From Akkermansia muciniphila ATCC BAA-835 (GTDB taxonomy: Bacteria > Verrucomicrobiota > Verrucomicrobiia > Verrucomicrobiales > Akkermansiaceae), in contig NC_010655.1 in NCBI RefSeq assembly GCF_000020225.1, positions 660,001 to 692,000 of the forward strand: a DNA stretch of 32,000 nt, in the 5' to 3' direction. Positions within the stretch are counted from its first letter, which is position 1. The number at the start of each line of letters is the position of its first letter. The position numbers and the translations under genes were made by a program. The notes beneath the pieces were generated by a model that worked only from the letters and a program-made list of their open reading frames with translations, was not told the origin of the DNA and ran no database searches. Below are positions 1 through 8,964 of the stretch, one piece after another.

Positions 1-314
1 TGGCCAATTACGACCATATGGCCTCTTTCGCCGATCTTGCGGGGGTCCGCATGCCGGAAGGTAAAGATGCCGTTTCCTATATAGATATACTGTCCGGCAA
101 CTCCGCCAGGCAGCGCGATTATGTGGTCGTGGATCACACCGTCATCACGGGGGACGGCTGGAAGCTTACGCAAAAACAAAATAAACCGTTCCTCTTTCAA
201 ATAGGCAAGGACCCTGAAGAAAGACATAATCTTGCGGAAACAAGGAAAGACCAGCTGGAAAAACTCCGGGCCATTTACAGGAAGGAAGTGGGCAGCCCCA
301 GAAAAGACAGGTGA
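1..314 (+). CDS. Sulfatase family protein, C-terminal fragment (5' end lies outside the window; reading frame starts at nt 3)
   Basis: The ORF is open from the window edge. The sequence ..NYDHMASFADLAGVRMPEG.. and ..GKDPEERHNLA.. matches the usual C-terminal region of arylsulfatases (DL.PT...LAGV.P and DP.E..NLA motifs). Stop codon at 312-314. Confidence 0.7.
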   Translation, partial: ANYDHMASFADLAGVRMPEGKDAVSYIDILSGNSARQRDYVVVDHTVITGDGWKLTQKQNKPFLFQIGKDPEERHNLAETRKDQLEKLRAIYRKEVGSPRKDR

Positions 315-326
315 AATCCGGAGCTG

Positions 327-360
327 GCCCGGCATCCTCCTTTTTCCGCCGGGCGTTTTT
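327..360 (+). terminator. Candidate rho-independent terminator after the partial sulfatase gene
   Basis: A 7-bp GC stem (ggcccggc / gccgggc) with a 14-nt loop is followed by gttttt at 355-360. Confidence 0.45.
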
Positions 361-400
361 GCAGGTTGAAACCTGAACGTTCCGCATGTAGAGTTCCCCG

Positions 401-1639
401 GTGAAGAACAATCCCCCCTCCCCCCGCCAGACAGCACTAAATTGCCTGAGGAGCTGGCATGCAGGCCGCTCCTTCGCGGAAACCCTCGTGGACCGGGAAT
501 GTTCACGAACCGCGCTTCCATCGGCAGACAGGCACCTGGTGCAGGCTTTGGTCTTCAGCGTATTGCGCAACCAGACCTGGCTGGACCACGTCATCGGAAC
601 CCTCCGGAAAGGCAGGCTGGACGTGGAAGCGCGTCTTATTCTCCAACTGGGGTTGAGCCAGCTTTTTCTGCTGGGCATGGCGGACCACGCCGCTGTGTAT
701 GAAACCGTGAATCTCGCGTCCGTACGCCTGAGAGGACTGGTAAACGCTATCCTGCGCAACGCTTTGCGGCGGGAGAAAACCATTCTGGAGGAACGGGAAA
801 AACTTCCGCTTTCCATTCATTATTCCACCCCCGCGTGGCTGGTACGGAGATGGACGGAACAAATGGGGCCGCAAATGGCCCGCGACCTGCTCCGCTGGAA
901 CAATACCACGCCGCGCCTGTATGTGCGCGCCAATCCTCTGATGCCCATGAAAAATATTCCGGCCTCCCTCGCCCCGCTGGACCGCGCGCCCGGCTGGTTC
1001 TCCGTGGAAGGCCTTCTGCCGCTGGAGGAAATTAAAACAGGCTCCCTTTACGTAGCGGATCCTTCCACCCGTTATTCCATTGATTTGCTGGCCCCACAGC
1101 CCGGAGAGGAAATTCTGGACGCCTGCGCCGCCCCCGGCGGCAAATCCGCCGCCATCATCGCCGCTACCGGAGGCAAAGCCCACCTGACCGCCACGGATCT
1201 CCACGAACACCGGCTGCCCACCCTGAAGGAAAACCTGGACAGGCAGGGTTCTTCCTTCGTCAGGACGGCGCAGGCGGACTGGTCCCTTCCCTGCCGCACG
1301 GAATGGAAGGGCCGCTTTGACGCCGTGCTTCTGGACGTTCCCTGTTCCAACACCGGAGTCATCCAACGCCGCGTGGACGTGCGCTGGCGCCTGACTCCGG
1401 AGGAAATCCGTCGCCTGACCGCACTCCAGAAGACCATCCTGGAAAATGCCTCCCGCGCCGTCAAACCGGGCGGCAGACTGGTTTATTCCACCTGTTCCAT
1501 TGACGCGGAGGAAGACGGACTGCTGATCAGGGACTTTTTGCAGAACCATCCGGAATGGACGCTGAAAGAAGAAAAACTTATCCTTCCCCACGAGGAAAAA
1601 TCGGACGGCGCGTATGCGGCCCTTTTGATCTGTGCTTGA
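401..1639 (+). CDS. rsmB: 16S rRNA (cytosine-C5)-methyltransferase, RsmB/Sun family (GTG start)
   Basis: A NusB-like N-terminal region is followed by SAM methyltransferase motifs DACAAPGGKS, DVPCSNTGV and YSTCS, the two catalytic Cys motifs of NOL1/NOP2/Sun enzymes. Confidence 0.9.
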   Translation: MKNNPPSPRQTALNCLRSWHAGRSFAETLVDRECSRTALPSADRHLVQALVFSVLRNQTWLDHVIGTLRKGRLDVEARLILQLGLSQLFLLGMADHAAVYETVNLASVRLRGLVNAILRNALRREKTILEEREKLPLSIHYSTPAWLVRRWTEQMGPQMARDLLRWNNTTPRLYVRANPLMPMKNIPASLAPLDRAPGWFSVEGLLPLEEIKTGSLYVADPSTRYSIDLLAPQPGEEILDACAAPGGKSAAIIAATGGKAHLTATDLHEHRLPTLKENLDRQGSSFVRTAQADWSLPCRTEWKGRFDAVLLDVPCSNTGVIQRRVDVRWRLTPEEIRRLTALQKTILENASRAVKPGGRLVYSTCSIDAEEDGLLIRDFLQNHPEWTLKEEKLILPHEEKSDGAYAALLICA

Positions 1640-1691
1640 CCTCAGCTTCAATTTGTCAACAATGCGTGTTCCTGATTAATATCATTCCATT

Positions 1692-2456
1692 ATGTCCCGC
1701 AAACCCATCATTGCCGCCAACTGGAAGATGAACATCGGCCCCGCCGAAGGCACCCAGTTCATCGAAAGCTTCAAAAACCTCATTAAGGGGAAAGACGTCG
1801 CGTGTGACGTGGTCATCATCCCTCCCTTCACCACCATTCCCTCCGTGCAGAACGCTCTGGGCGGTTGCTCCTGCATCGCCGCCGGAGCCCAGAACGTCTC
1901 CCAGTACGACAACGGAGCTTATACCGGTGAAATCTCCACCAGCATGCTGAATGAACTGAACCTCAAGTATGTGGTGCTCGGCCACAGCGAACGCCGCCAA
2001 TATTTCGGAGAAACGGATGCCATTATCAACTCCAAAATCAAGAAGGCCATCGCCGCAGGCATCACCCCCATTTTCTGCATCGGAGAAACGAAGGACGAAC
2101 GCCTGGGGGGCATTTTGGAACCCGTGCTGGAAATCCAGCTCAAGGGCGGCCTCAAGGATCTCACCCCGGAGGAGGTATCCAACCTGGTCATCGCCTATGA
2201 ACCCGTCTGGGCCATTGGCACCGGCCTGACCGCAACTTCCAAGGAAGCCCAAGAAGCCCATTCCTTTATCCGCAAGGTTATTTCCGACGTCTTCGGAGCA
2301 GACGCCGCCGCCAAGGTGCGCATCCAGTACGGCGGCTCCGTAAAACCGGAAAACGTGGAGGAACTCATGGCCCAGCCGGACATTGACGGGGCTCTGGTTG
2401 GCGGCGCTTCCCTGAAGCCGGAATCCTTCGCTGCTCTGGTAACTTCCGCCAAATAA
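1692..2456 (+). CDS. tpiA: Triosephosphate isomerase
   Basis: Carries the hallmark motifs AANWKMN, VLGHSERR, AYEPVWAIGTG and YGGSV. Length is 254 aa. Confidence 0.97.
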   Translation: MSRKPIIAANWKMNIGPAEGTQFIESFKNLIKGKDVACDVVIIPPFTTIPSVQNALGGCSCIAAGAQNVSQYDNGAYTGEISTSMLNELNLKYVVLGHSERRQYFGETDAIINSKIKKAIAAGITPIFCIGETKDERLGGILEPVLEIQLKGGLKDLTPEEVSNLVIAYEPVWAIGTGLTATSKEAQEAHSFIRKVISDVFGADAAAKVRIQYGGSVKPENVEELMAQPDIDGALVGGASLKPESFAALVTSAK

Positions 2457-2482
2457 GCGGAATCCGGCGCCACCCCTTCTAC

Positions 2483-2512
2483 AGGCCGGTCCTTCACGGG
2501 ACCGGCCTTTTT
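2483..2512 (+). terminator. Rho-independent terminator after tpiA
   Basis: A 10-11 bp stem (aggccggtcc / ggaccggcct) with a short loop (ttcac) runs directly into ttttt. Confidence 0.7.
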
Positions 2513-2603
2513 CATCTCCGGAGCACCGGCCTCGCTCTTTTCACCCAAGAGCGCAGTTTCTGCCTTTTCAAGCAGCCTAAATCGTGCATAATGGCGGGAA
2601 ATC

Positions 2604-3287
2604 ATGAAAACCCGCTTACTTACCCCACGCAGCAAAGGTTTCACGCTCATTGAAGTTCTCGTAGTCATCGCCATCATTGCCTTGCTGGCAGGCGTCTCCT
2701 ACAGCATTTATTCCCATGCCACGGAAACGGCAGCCAGAACGCGCTGTACGGACAACCTGCGCCGCATTAGCGACTGGGGCAAGGAATTCGCAGGCCAGAA
2801 CGGCGGAAAACTGCCCTCCAGCGGCATGAAAGACAGCCTCCTGAGTGCCAGGGAATGCCGGAACTGGTGGGACGCCCTGGCGCCCATCGTTAATGCGGAA
2901 CAACCCGACCTGATCGCCCGGAACGCCAAGGAACCCAACATGCTCCCGGACACGTTCCGCTGCAAAAACGACAAGCGTCCGGAAATCCTCGGAGCGGAGG
3001 ATGCCAACCTTCCCGCCGGGCCGGACACCATTTCCTACACCAGCTGGCTGGACAACCGGAAGGGGCGTCCTATGAATGTGGCGCGCGGCCAGGCCCTGCG
3101 GGGCAAACCCTGGATCAGCGACGGCATCCCGATTGACGGGCGCAGCGTCATCACGGAACAGGATTTTGAGGAAATCGTAGTCCCGGCCCTTGAACGCCAC
3201 CAGGGAGGAATCATGGTGCTTTATGCGGACGGGAAAATATCCCCCGTTGAGGACCCTACGCTTAACAAAGTCACCCAAGGTTCCTGA
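2604..3287 (+). CDS. Prepilin-type N-terminal cleavage/methylation domain protein with a C-terminal H-X9-DG motif (pseudopilin-like)
   Basis: The N-terminus RSKG|FTLIEVLVVIAIIALLAG is a class III signal (G-1, F+1, E+5). The C-terminus HQGGIMVLYADG fits H-X9-DG exactly. This family is expanded in the Planctomycetes/Verrucomicrobia group. Confidence 0.85.
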   Translation: MKTRLLTPRSKGFTLIEVLVVIAIIALLAGVSYSIYSHATETAARTRCTDNLRRISDWGKEFAGQNGGKLPSSGMKDSLLSARECRNWWDALAPIVNAEQPDLIARNAKEPNMLPDTFRCKNDKRPEILGAEDANLPAGPDTISYTSWLDNRKGRPMNVARGQALRGKPWISDGIPIDGRSVITEQDFEEIVVPALERHQGGIMVLYADGKISPVEDPTLNKVTQGS

Positions 3288-3417
3288 ACCCCTTGTTTCT
3301 CCGCCCGGCGCGGGCGGGAAGCTGCCGGACCATTGCCGGCAATCCAGTGGAATTTTCTTCCTACTCCCACTGATTCGCCTTTACGAAACCGAGATAATCA
3401 TTAAGGTTAGCGTCCAG

Positions 3418-4029
3418 ATGAACCAGCATGCTCCCTTCCTGCATCCGTACGATGGAATGATACCACTGTCTGTGGCGGGGTATATCCTGGGAACCGTTCT
3501 GTTGCTGGTCCACCTGTATGCGCTGGTAAAAAGGCAGCAGGTGCAGGCTTTTCTGCTGGCGTCTCCGCGCAACCACCTGCTGGCTCAGATTCTGCTGGCC
3601 GGCGGCCTGTTCTGGTTCTTTCTGCTGGTGGCTCCCGAAGGATTGGGCGTGCTGAGCCGCTTTCGGGTGGGGCTGGCGGAATTTGAAGGTATCCGCTGGC
3701 TGCTCCAGCTGGCATGCCCCGTCTTTCTGGTGCTGATGGTCACGCAGGTGAAAAACCTGCTCTTTCCACGGGCGCTAGGCATCTTCGGCCTGATGGTGGC
3801 AGCTCCCCTGCTCAGTGCCGCCTTCCTTCAGGAGCCAGTGACCAGGCTCCTTATTCCCATCTGGTGTTACATCGTCATTTTCCTTTCGATTCTCTGGATA
3901 GGCAAGCCCTACCTGTACCGCGACATGGTCAATAAAATATGCTCCAAACCTGCTTGGTGGACGCCTCTTTGCCTGGGAGGAATGGCCTATGGAGCCGCCA
4001 TTCTGCTTTGCGCCATCCTATGGTGGTAG
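3418..4029 (+). CDS. Polytopic inner-membrane protein of unknown function (about 6 predicted TM helices)
   Basis: The ORF track gives 3190-4029, but its first 76 codons overlap the previous gene and look non-protein-like. I start at Met 3418 (MNQHAPFLHPYDG..). The rest is a series of hydrophobic helices separated by short charged loops. I recognise no family. Confidence 0.6.
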   Translation: MNQHAPFLHPYDGMIPLSVAGYILGTVLLLVHLYALVKRQQVQAFLLASPRNHLLAQILLAGGLFWFFLLVAPEGLGVLSRFRVGLAEFEGIRWLLQLACPVFLVLMVTQVKNLLFPRALGIFGLMVAAPLLSAAFLQEPVTRLLIPIWCYIVIFLSILWIGKPYLYRDMVNKICSKPAWWTPLCLGGMAYGAAILLCAILWW

Positions 4030-4188
4030 GGAGGCCGCCTCTTCCGGCACTGCTTCATCACGCAGAAAAGACATTCAGCCGCAGGAGAAGGCCTCCGGCA
4101 AAAACAGGCATACGCAGGACGGATCTTTCCGGAACGGCCTGTTTTTTCCTCCTGCTGCAAGAATCAATAGCGGTTCCGCTTATTATAT

Positions 4189-5817
4189 ATGATATTCCAT
4201 ATTCCTTTCATGTGCTCTACCCTGCGTTCCTCCATCATGTCCAGCATAGCCTTCTGGTTGCTTACCCTTGTCCCTTCACTGGCGGACAGGCCTAATATCG
4301 TCCTTATCCTGGCTGATGACATGGGATGGTCCGACCCGGGCTGCTACGGTTCGGAAATACCCACTCCAGCCCTGGATACCCTGGCCAGACAGGGGATGCT
4401 GGCAACCCGGCTCTACACCGCTTCCCGCTGTTCACCCTCCCGGGCCTCCATCATGACCGGCTGCGAACCTCACAAGGTGGACGTAGGGCTCCTGGATGAC
4501 GACAGCGGGCGCCCCGGCTACCGCGGACGCCTGAACCCGGGTATCCCCACCCTGCCGGAACTTCTGAAAAAAGCGGGATACCGTACCTATCTTTCCGGGA
4601 AATGGCATCTTGGAAAAGTTCGGGGATCCTACCCATGGGACCGCGGCTTCGACCGTTCCCGCGGTTTGCTGGGTGGAGCGGCAGATTACTACAGGCCCAT
4701 GCCGGACAGCCCCTTCGGTGAAAACGGGAAACTGCTCCGTCCGGAGGATCTGCCGGAGGATTTCTACATGACGGACGATATCACCAAAACGGCTCTGGCC
4801 TATATTGGCGATGCCGCCAAAAGCAGGCAGCCCTTCTTCCTTTACGTGGCTTATACGGCTCCGCATACACCCCTCCAGGCCCCCCGGAGGGAAATAGAAA
4901 AAATGCTCCCGTTCTACAACGGCAAATCCCCCCATGCCATTGCTTCCAAAAGACTGGAAAAACAAAAGCTGCTGGGAATCGTCCCTCCTGCCGCCAAACT
5001 GGGCATGGCCGGCAAATTCAATCCAGAAGGCTATGAAAAAACTTCCGCAAAGCGGAAGGATTATATTGCCGAATGCATGGCCACCTACGCCGCCCAAATC
5101 GTTATCATGGACCGCGGCATAGGCCGCATTCTCGCGTCCCTAGAACGTCACCGCCTCAGTGACAATACCATCGTCATGTTTTTATCAGACAATGGCGCAA
5201 CAGCGGAAATGCCCCAGAACAATAAAAACAAGAAGACTACCCTCCCCACAGGCCCGCTGGGAGAAGTCGGATGCAGGGACGGATACGGCCCCATGTGGGC
5301 GGCTGTGTCCAATACCCCTTACCGCCAGTATAAAATAGAAACCTTTGACGGAGGGCTGTCCGCCCCCTTCATCATTCGCTACCCTTCCAAAATACGTCCG
5401 GGATCGCGCTACCACTCGCCTTTCCTGCTTCAGGACATCGCCCCAACCTGCCTTGCGTGGGCCGCTCTCCCAATTCCGGCCCATATGGACGGCAAGCCGC
5501 TCAACACCTACTGGAATAATCCTCCGGAACTTCCTCCGTCCAAGGTGTGGGACTTCATTCCCAATACCTGCCCTCCCCGCACTATCTTCTGGGAACATCA
5601 GAGGAACCGGGCGGCCCTGACAAGTCAATTCAAGCTGGTGGCCCCCAACCGCGGCCCCTGGCAGGTGTACGACATCAGGGACAGGACGGAACAGAACAAT
5701 CTGGCATCCAGGCACCAGACGCTTGTAGAACAATTGTCCGCACAGTACAGGAAATGGGCGGCGGAAAACCATGCCGAACGACACAGCCCGGCAGAAAAAC
5801 GGGCATACGCGCCCTAA
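4189..5817 (+). CDS. Arylsulfatase (Cys-type, formylglycine-dependent). Start is uncertain; alternative Met codons at 4210 and 4237
   Basis: Contains NIVLILADDMGWSD and the C-S-P-S-R sulfatase signature (Cys codon 4429-4431) followed by ASIMTG. It also has the SGKWHLG, YTAPHTPL and LSDNG motifs and an N-terminal signal-like segment, IAFWLLTLVPSLA. Confidence 0.9.
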   Translation: MIFHIPFMCSTLRSSIMSSIAFWLLTLVPSLADRPNIVLILADDMGWSDPGCYGSEIPTPALDTLARQGMLATRLYTASRCSPSRASIMTGCEPHKVDVGLLDDDSGRPGYRGRLNPGIPTLPELLKKAGYRTYLSGKWHLGKVRGSYPWDRGFDRSRGLLGGAADYYRPMPDSPFGENGKLLRPEDLPEDFYMTDDITKTALAYIGDAAKSRQPFFLYVAYTAPHTPLQAPRREIEKMLPFYNGKSPHAIASKRLEKQKLLGIVPPAAKLGMAGKFNPEGYEKTSAKRKDYIAECMATYAAQIVIMDRGIGRILASLERHRLSDNTIVMFLSDNGATAEMPQNNKNKKTTLPTGPLGEVGCRDGYGPMWAAVSNTPYRQYKIETFDGGLSAPFIIRYPSKIRPGSRYHSPFLLQDIAPTCLAWAALPIPAHMDGKPLNTYWNNPPELPPSKVWDFIPNTCPPRTIFWEHQRNRAALTSQFKLVAPNRGPWQVYDIRDRTEQNNLASRHQTLVEQLSAQYRKWAAENHAERHSPAEKRAYAP

Positions 5818-6398
5818 ACGTTTCTATGGGAATCCCCTTCCGGAAGAAAATTCTGATTTCCGTTTCCTCAAGTAACGGAAAACGGCATGTGATTCACCGG
5901 GAAAGAAAAAGCAGGGAATAACAGTTATTCCCGTCCGCGGCAACATTCCTGTCTCCCGGGCATTCCGGGAACCATTCATTATTTTCACACTCCTTGCCAT
6001 CCTTTCCCATGAAGGGGAATTACATAAAAATCCGCTTCTTCATTCGGATTTTTCCTATGCCCTATTTTTTGCCCTGTAATCAAAAATAATTCCTTTATAA
6101 GGTTAAAACCAGGCAAAACACCGCTGTTTACCAAATCATTTCCCAAAAGGAAAACTCTTCTTTTTTCCTAACAATTATTGGAATAAAAGAATCCTTATCA
6201 TTCAAAGAAATACCGTATTAGAATACTTCTAAATTAGCAAAAAACTCATTGATTGTAAATAAACTTAATTTAAAATGCCATAAGAAAAAACCTTTCTGTA
6301 CCTTACCTTCGTTCTGCACAGCCGTCACATCAGATATGGAATATTTTTGATAATCAATTCATAACACACCTTTAACAAAACTTGCACAGCGTCTTTTT

Positions 6399-7289
6399 AT
6401 GTTCAAAGAGCCCTCTTTCCTCAAAAAAGCAAATCTGTTCCAGCCTATTCTGGTTGTCGTGATCTCCATCATCGGGGGAACTCCCATGGAAGGAGCCAAT
6501 ACGGGGAAAATAGTCCTTTTGATCATCCTGGGCGCCGCTTTCATTGTATGGCATGTGGAATGCCAGAGACTGCTCAACAGAAACCGGGAAACCAGGGAAC
6601 ATGCCTGCGCCCTGAAAAACCGCAGTGCGGCTCTTTACAAAAAAACTTACGCCGCCCTGAGCGGAGAATACGAAAACTTCGCCAATAAACTGAATGGAGA
6701 AAGTTGCCGGGAGGCAAAAACGGACGGTTCAAGGGGGACGACGGAAAGCTTCAACGGAGCCTGCCTGTTCCTGTGCTCCACCATTGCCGCTGCGCTGGCT
6801 GAATATAAAAACTCCCTTGTCTTTGAAGTGCTTTATATTCAGGCAGAGCGGAGGAAAGACCAAACCTTGCTGCACGTTATAGGCTACGCACAGGGAGAAC
6901 ACAATAACGACACCCCTTCCCTGCTGGCACAGCCTCCGCGGCCCGTAACGAAAACACCCGCCATGCTGGATGAACAATTATTCGCGGAACGCCACCTCAG
7001 CCCCCTGGTTCTTTCCAGCCCGGAAGAAGTGCAGCGCAGCTTTTTCCGGAAGCGCAACCAGCCTCCGGAGGAAAAATACATGCAGTATCTGGCCATTCCC
7101 GTCCTGAGCAAGAGAAATGAAATCATCGGGCTTATCGAAATCGCCGTTAAAAAAAATCCGTTCATTTCGCCCGTCACCATGCTGGAAGCCCATGAATTGG
7201 CCGACGTTAAATCATGGTTGTACCATTTAAAGGACCATTTCCTGTTGTTTCATGAAATAGAACGCGCCGTCCGGGATGGATTCCCATGA
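6399..7289 (+). CDS. Hypothetical membrane protein: two N-terminal TM helices plus a cytoplasmic domain with weak GAF-like character
   Basis: This is the only long ORF in a visibly lower-GC segment. The TM helices are ILVVVISIIGG and IVLLIILGAAFIVW. The C-terminal stretch YLAIPVLSKRNEIIGLIEIAVKK resembles the core strand pair of GAF domains. I recognise no confident family. Confidence 0.5.
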   Translation: MFKEPSFLKKANLFQPILVVVISIIGGTPMEGANTGKIVLLIILGAAFIVWHVECQRLLNRNRETREHACALKNRSAALYKKTYAALSGEYENFANKLNGESCREAKTDGSRGTTESFNGACLFLCSTIAAALAEYKNSLVFEVLYIQAERRKDQTLLHVIGYAQGEHNNDTPSLLAQPPRPVTKTPAMLDEQLFAERHLSPLVLSSPEEVQRSFFRKRNQPPEEKYMQYLAIPVLSKRNEIIGLIEIAVKKNPFISPVTMLEAHELADVKSWLYHLKDHFLLFHEIERAVRDGFP

Positions 7290-7531
7290 CGGCAGTACGG
7301 ACAGAATAGCCTGCTACGCCCAACGCCATATCCCTTAAAAATTTCCTGGGATATATATATTCCAGCCTATTTACAATCAACTACTTCCATCTTTTTAACC
7401 AGAACGGTTACCGCCATATAATGCTATTAACCTGTAAGTGAAACAGATAGCACTTGGGCCATTTTCTGCATCTGAAACAAGAAAGAGAAAACCCTGTAAA
7501 CTATTGAGTCCACAGGGTTTCAAAAAAGGAA

Positions 7532-7607
7532 TGGTACTTGGACCGGGACTCGAACCCGGGACCAATAGATTAAAAGTCTACTGCTCTACCAACTGAGCTA
7601 CCCAAGC
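7532..7607 (-). tRNA. tRNA-Lys (anticodon UUU), 76 nt with encoded CCA
   Basis: Folded by hand as a cloverleaf: acceptor GCTTGGG/TCCAAGT, D arm GCTC-AGTTGGTA-GAGC, anticodon arm GTAGA-CTTTTAA-TCTAT, variable TGGTC, T arm CCGGG-TTCGAGT-CCCGG, discriminator A, then CCA. Confidence 0.93.
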
Positions 7608-7692
7608 ACTTACCCTTGCTGGAAGGGCGCAAGCAGTAAACACCACACCCCCTTTCATGGCAAGCGTAAAATGGAAGATGGACAAAAAAAGA

Positions 7693-8124
7693 TCAGGATT
7701 CCATGCATTCCAGCCATCTCGCACGCCATTCGGCAGGAATACGCACAGGACGCCCCTGCGGCATCTGGACCAGGGCTAGCTGCTGATGAGCCCTGACCAG
7801 AAGATCATTATTGGAAGCGCGCCTCATTTCAAAATCGCACCAGAAGCGGGCCCGGTCCACGGATTGAAGCCATCCCGTCGTCAAAATGGTGTCTCCCAGA
7901 ACGGCCGGACGCACATAGTCAATCTCATGGCGCACCACTACGGCAAACTGCTGCAAATCGCTCATGGTTTTGTAATCCATTCCCAATTTAGCTCCAAGTT
8001 TGGTACGGCAGGTCTCAATCATGCGCAAATAGGCCAGGTTATGAACCACCCCGCCGCAGTCCGTATCATAAAACATGACTTCATCTTCCGTATGAAACAT
8101 CAGCTCCGGATTCATGCCTGCCAT
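7693..8124 (-). CDS. Acyl-CoA thioesterase, hotdog fold (4HBT/YbgC-like)
   Basis: The N-terminal motif V.FYDTDCGGVVHNLAYLRMIE matches the YbgC/4HBT catalytic-Asp region (v.yeDTD..G.V.h..Yl.y.e). The 143-aa length is typical. Confidence 0.85.
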   Translation of the reverse strand: MAGMNPELMFHTEDEVMFYDTDCGGVVHNLAYLRMIETCRTKLGAKLGMDYKTMSDLQQFAVVVRHEIDYVRPAVLGDTILTTGWLQSVDRARFWCDFEMRRASNNDLLVRAHQQLALVQMPQGRPVRIPAEWRARWLECMES

Positions 8125-8163
8125 TGTAAAAAGGAAACAGGCGGGCTGAAAGAAAATTCCGGT

Positions 8164-8964
8164 TCAGCCGCGCCATGCATGATGCGTCCGCGCCAGCGTC
8201 AGCACGCAGACGGAAGCAGCCCCGGAGCGGAGGAGCAGACGGGCGCAGGAGTCTGCCGTGGCTCCGGTCGTAAAAACATCATCCACCAGCAGCACATCCC
8301 TGCCCCTGACGGGGCTGCGTTTCATCCTTTTTTCATCCGCCGCATAAATTTTACGGGCATGTCTGAGCCGCTGCTCCCGCGACAAGCTGGCCTGGGGAAG
8401 CGTATCCGGCAGGCGTTTCAGCACGCCGGCATACGGCCAGCCCAGTTCCTCTCCCAGCAGAACCGCCAGTTCCTGCGCCTGGTTGTACCCCCTTCGAGCC
8501 TGTTTGCCGCGGTGCATGGGCACGGGAACGATCAGGCGTTTTTTCCCGCCGAACCAGTGAGGATTTCCACGCACTGCCTCTGCCATCATCTGCGCGAAGG
8601 AGCCGGCCAGATGAACGGCTCCCCCATATTTGAAAGCCAGCAGAAGATCCCGCAATGATCCCGTATTCACATACACGGCACGGGCTTCCTCAAAAGAGGG
8701 GAGAGCTACCGCGCAGCGACGGCATAATCCGGACGGGATGAAGGAACCCTCCGCCGGTTCCCCGCAGACGGCACAGAAGGGAGGCTCGACAGGCACGAAA
8801 CTTCCGCGGCAGTCCGGGCAAACATGGCAGCCATCCAGGCCGCCGCGGCCGCATAACTCGCAGACAAAAGGATACACCCAGGAAAGCCATTCCCTGACAA
8901 CCGACCTCAGCATTCCCCGCACGGCAGAAAGTTGAAAGAGGCTCCTATCGTTCGCACTTCCCAT
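8164..8964 (-). CDS. comF: ComF family protein (phosphoribosyltransferase-like, ComFC type)
   Basis: An N-terminal zinc-finger-like region has Cys pairs (CELCG..CPDC, CAVCG..CRRC). The C-terminal PRTase motif is VLLVDDVFTTGAT. The ATG at 8964 overlaps the upstream gene by 20 nt; Met 8913 is an alternative start. Confidence 0.88.
   Translation of the reverse strand: MGSANDRSLFQLSAVRGMLRSVVREWLSWVYPFVCELCGRGGLDGCHVCPDCRGSFVPVEPPFCAVCGEPAEGSFIPSGLCRRCAVALPSFEEARAVYVNTGSLRDLLLAFKYGGAVHLAGSFAQMMAEAVRGNPHWFGGKKRLIVPVPMHRGKQARRGYNQAQELAVLLGEELGWPYAGVLKRLPDTLPQASLSREQRLRHARKIYAADEKRMKRSPVRGRDVLLVDDVFTTGATADSCARLLLRSGAASVCVLTLARTHHAWRG

Noticed and set aside
503-1651. A 382-aa minus-strand ORF antisense to rsmB. 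Similar antisense ORFs occur at 7786-8658 (vs comF), 10631-11869 (vs rnd), 12884-13957 (vs lpxK), 1656-2261 (vs tpiA) and 2616-3278 (vs the H-X9-DG gene)
   Set aside because: In each case the opposite strand carries diagnostic catalytic motifs, and the antisense product has none.
3190-3417. The N-terminal extension of the membrane-protein ORF, which overlaps the 3' end of the H-X9-DG gene
   Set aside because: It overlaps the preceding CDS by 98 nt and translates to non-membrane, low-complexity sequence. Met 3418 gives a clean start right before the first TM helix.
5820-7531. A search for an att-like direct repeat of the tRNA-Lys 3' end at the far edge of the low-GC stretch
   Set aside because: Only a short imperfect resemblance was found (ccgggaaccatt at about 5960, against ccgggaccaata inside the tRNA body). 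It does not include the tRNA 3' end, and no integrase gene is present. I therefore do not call a mobile element.
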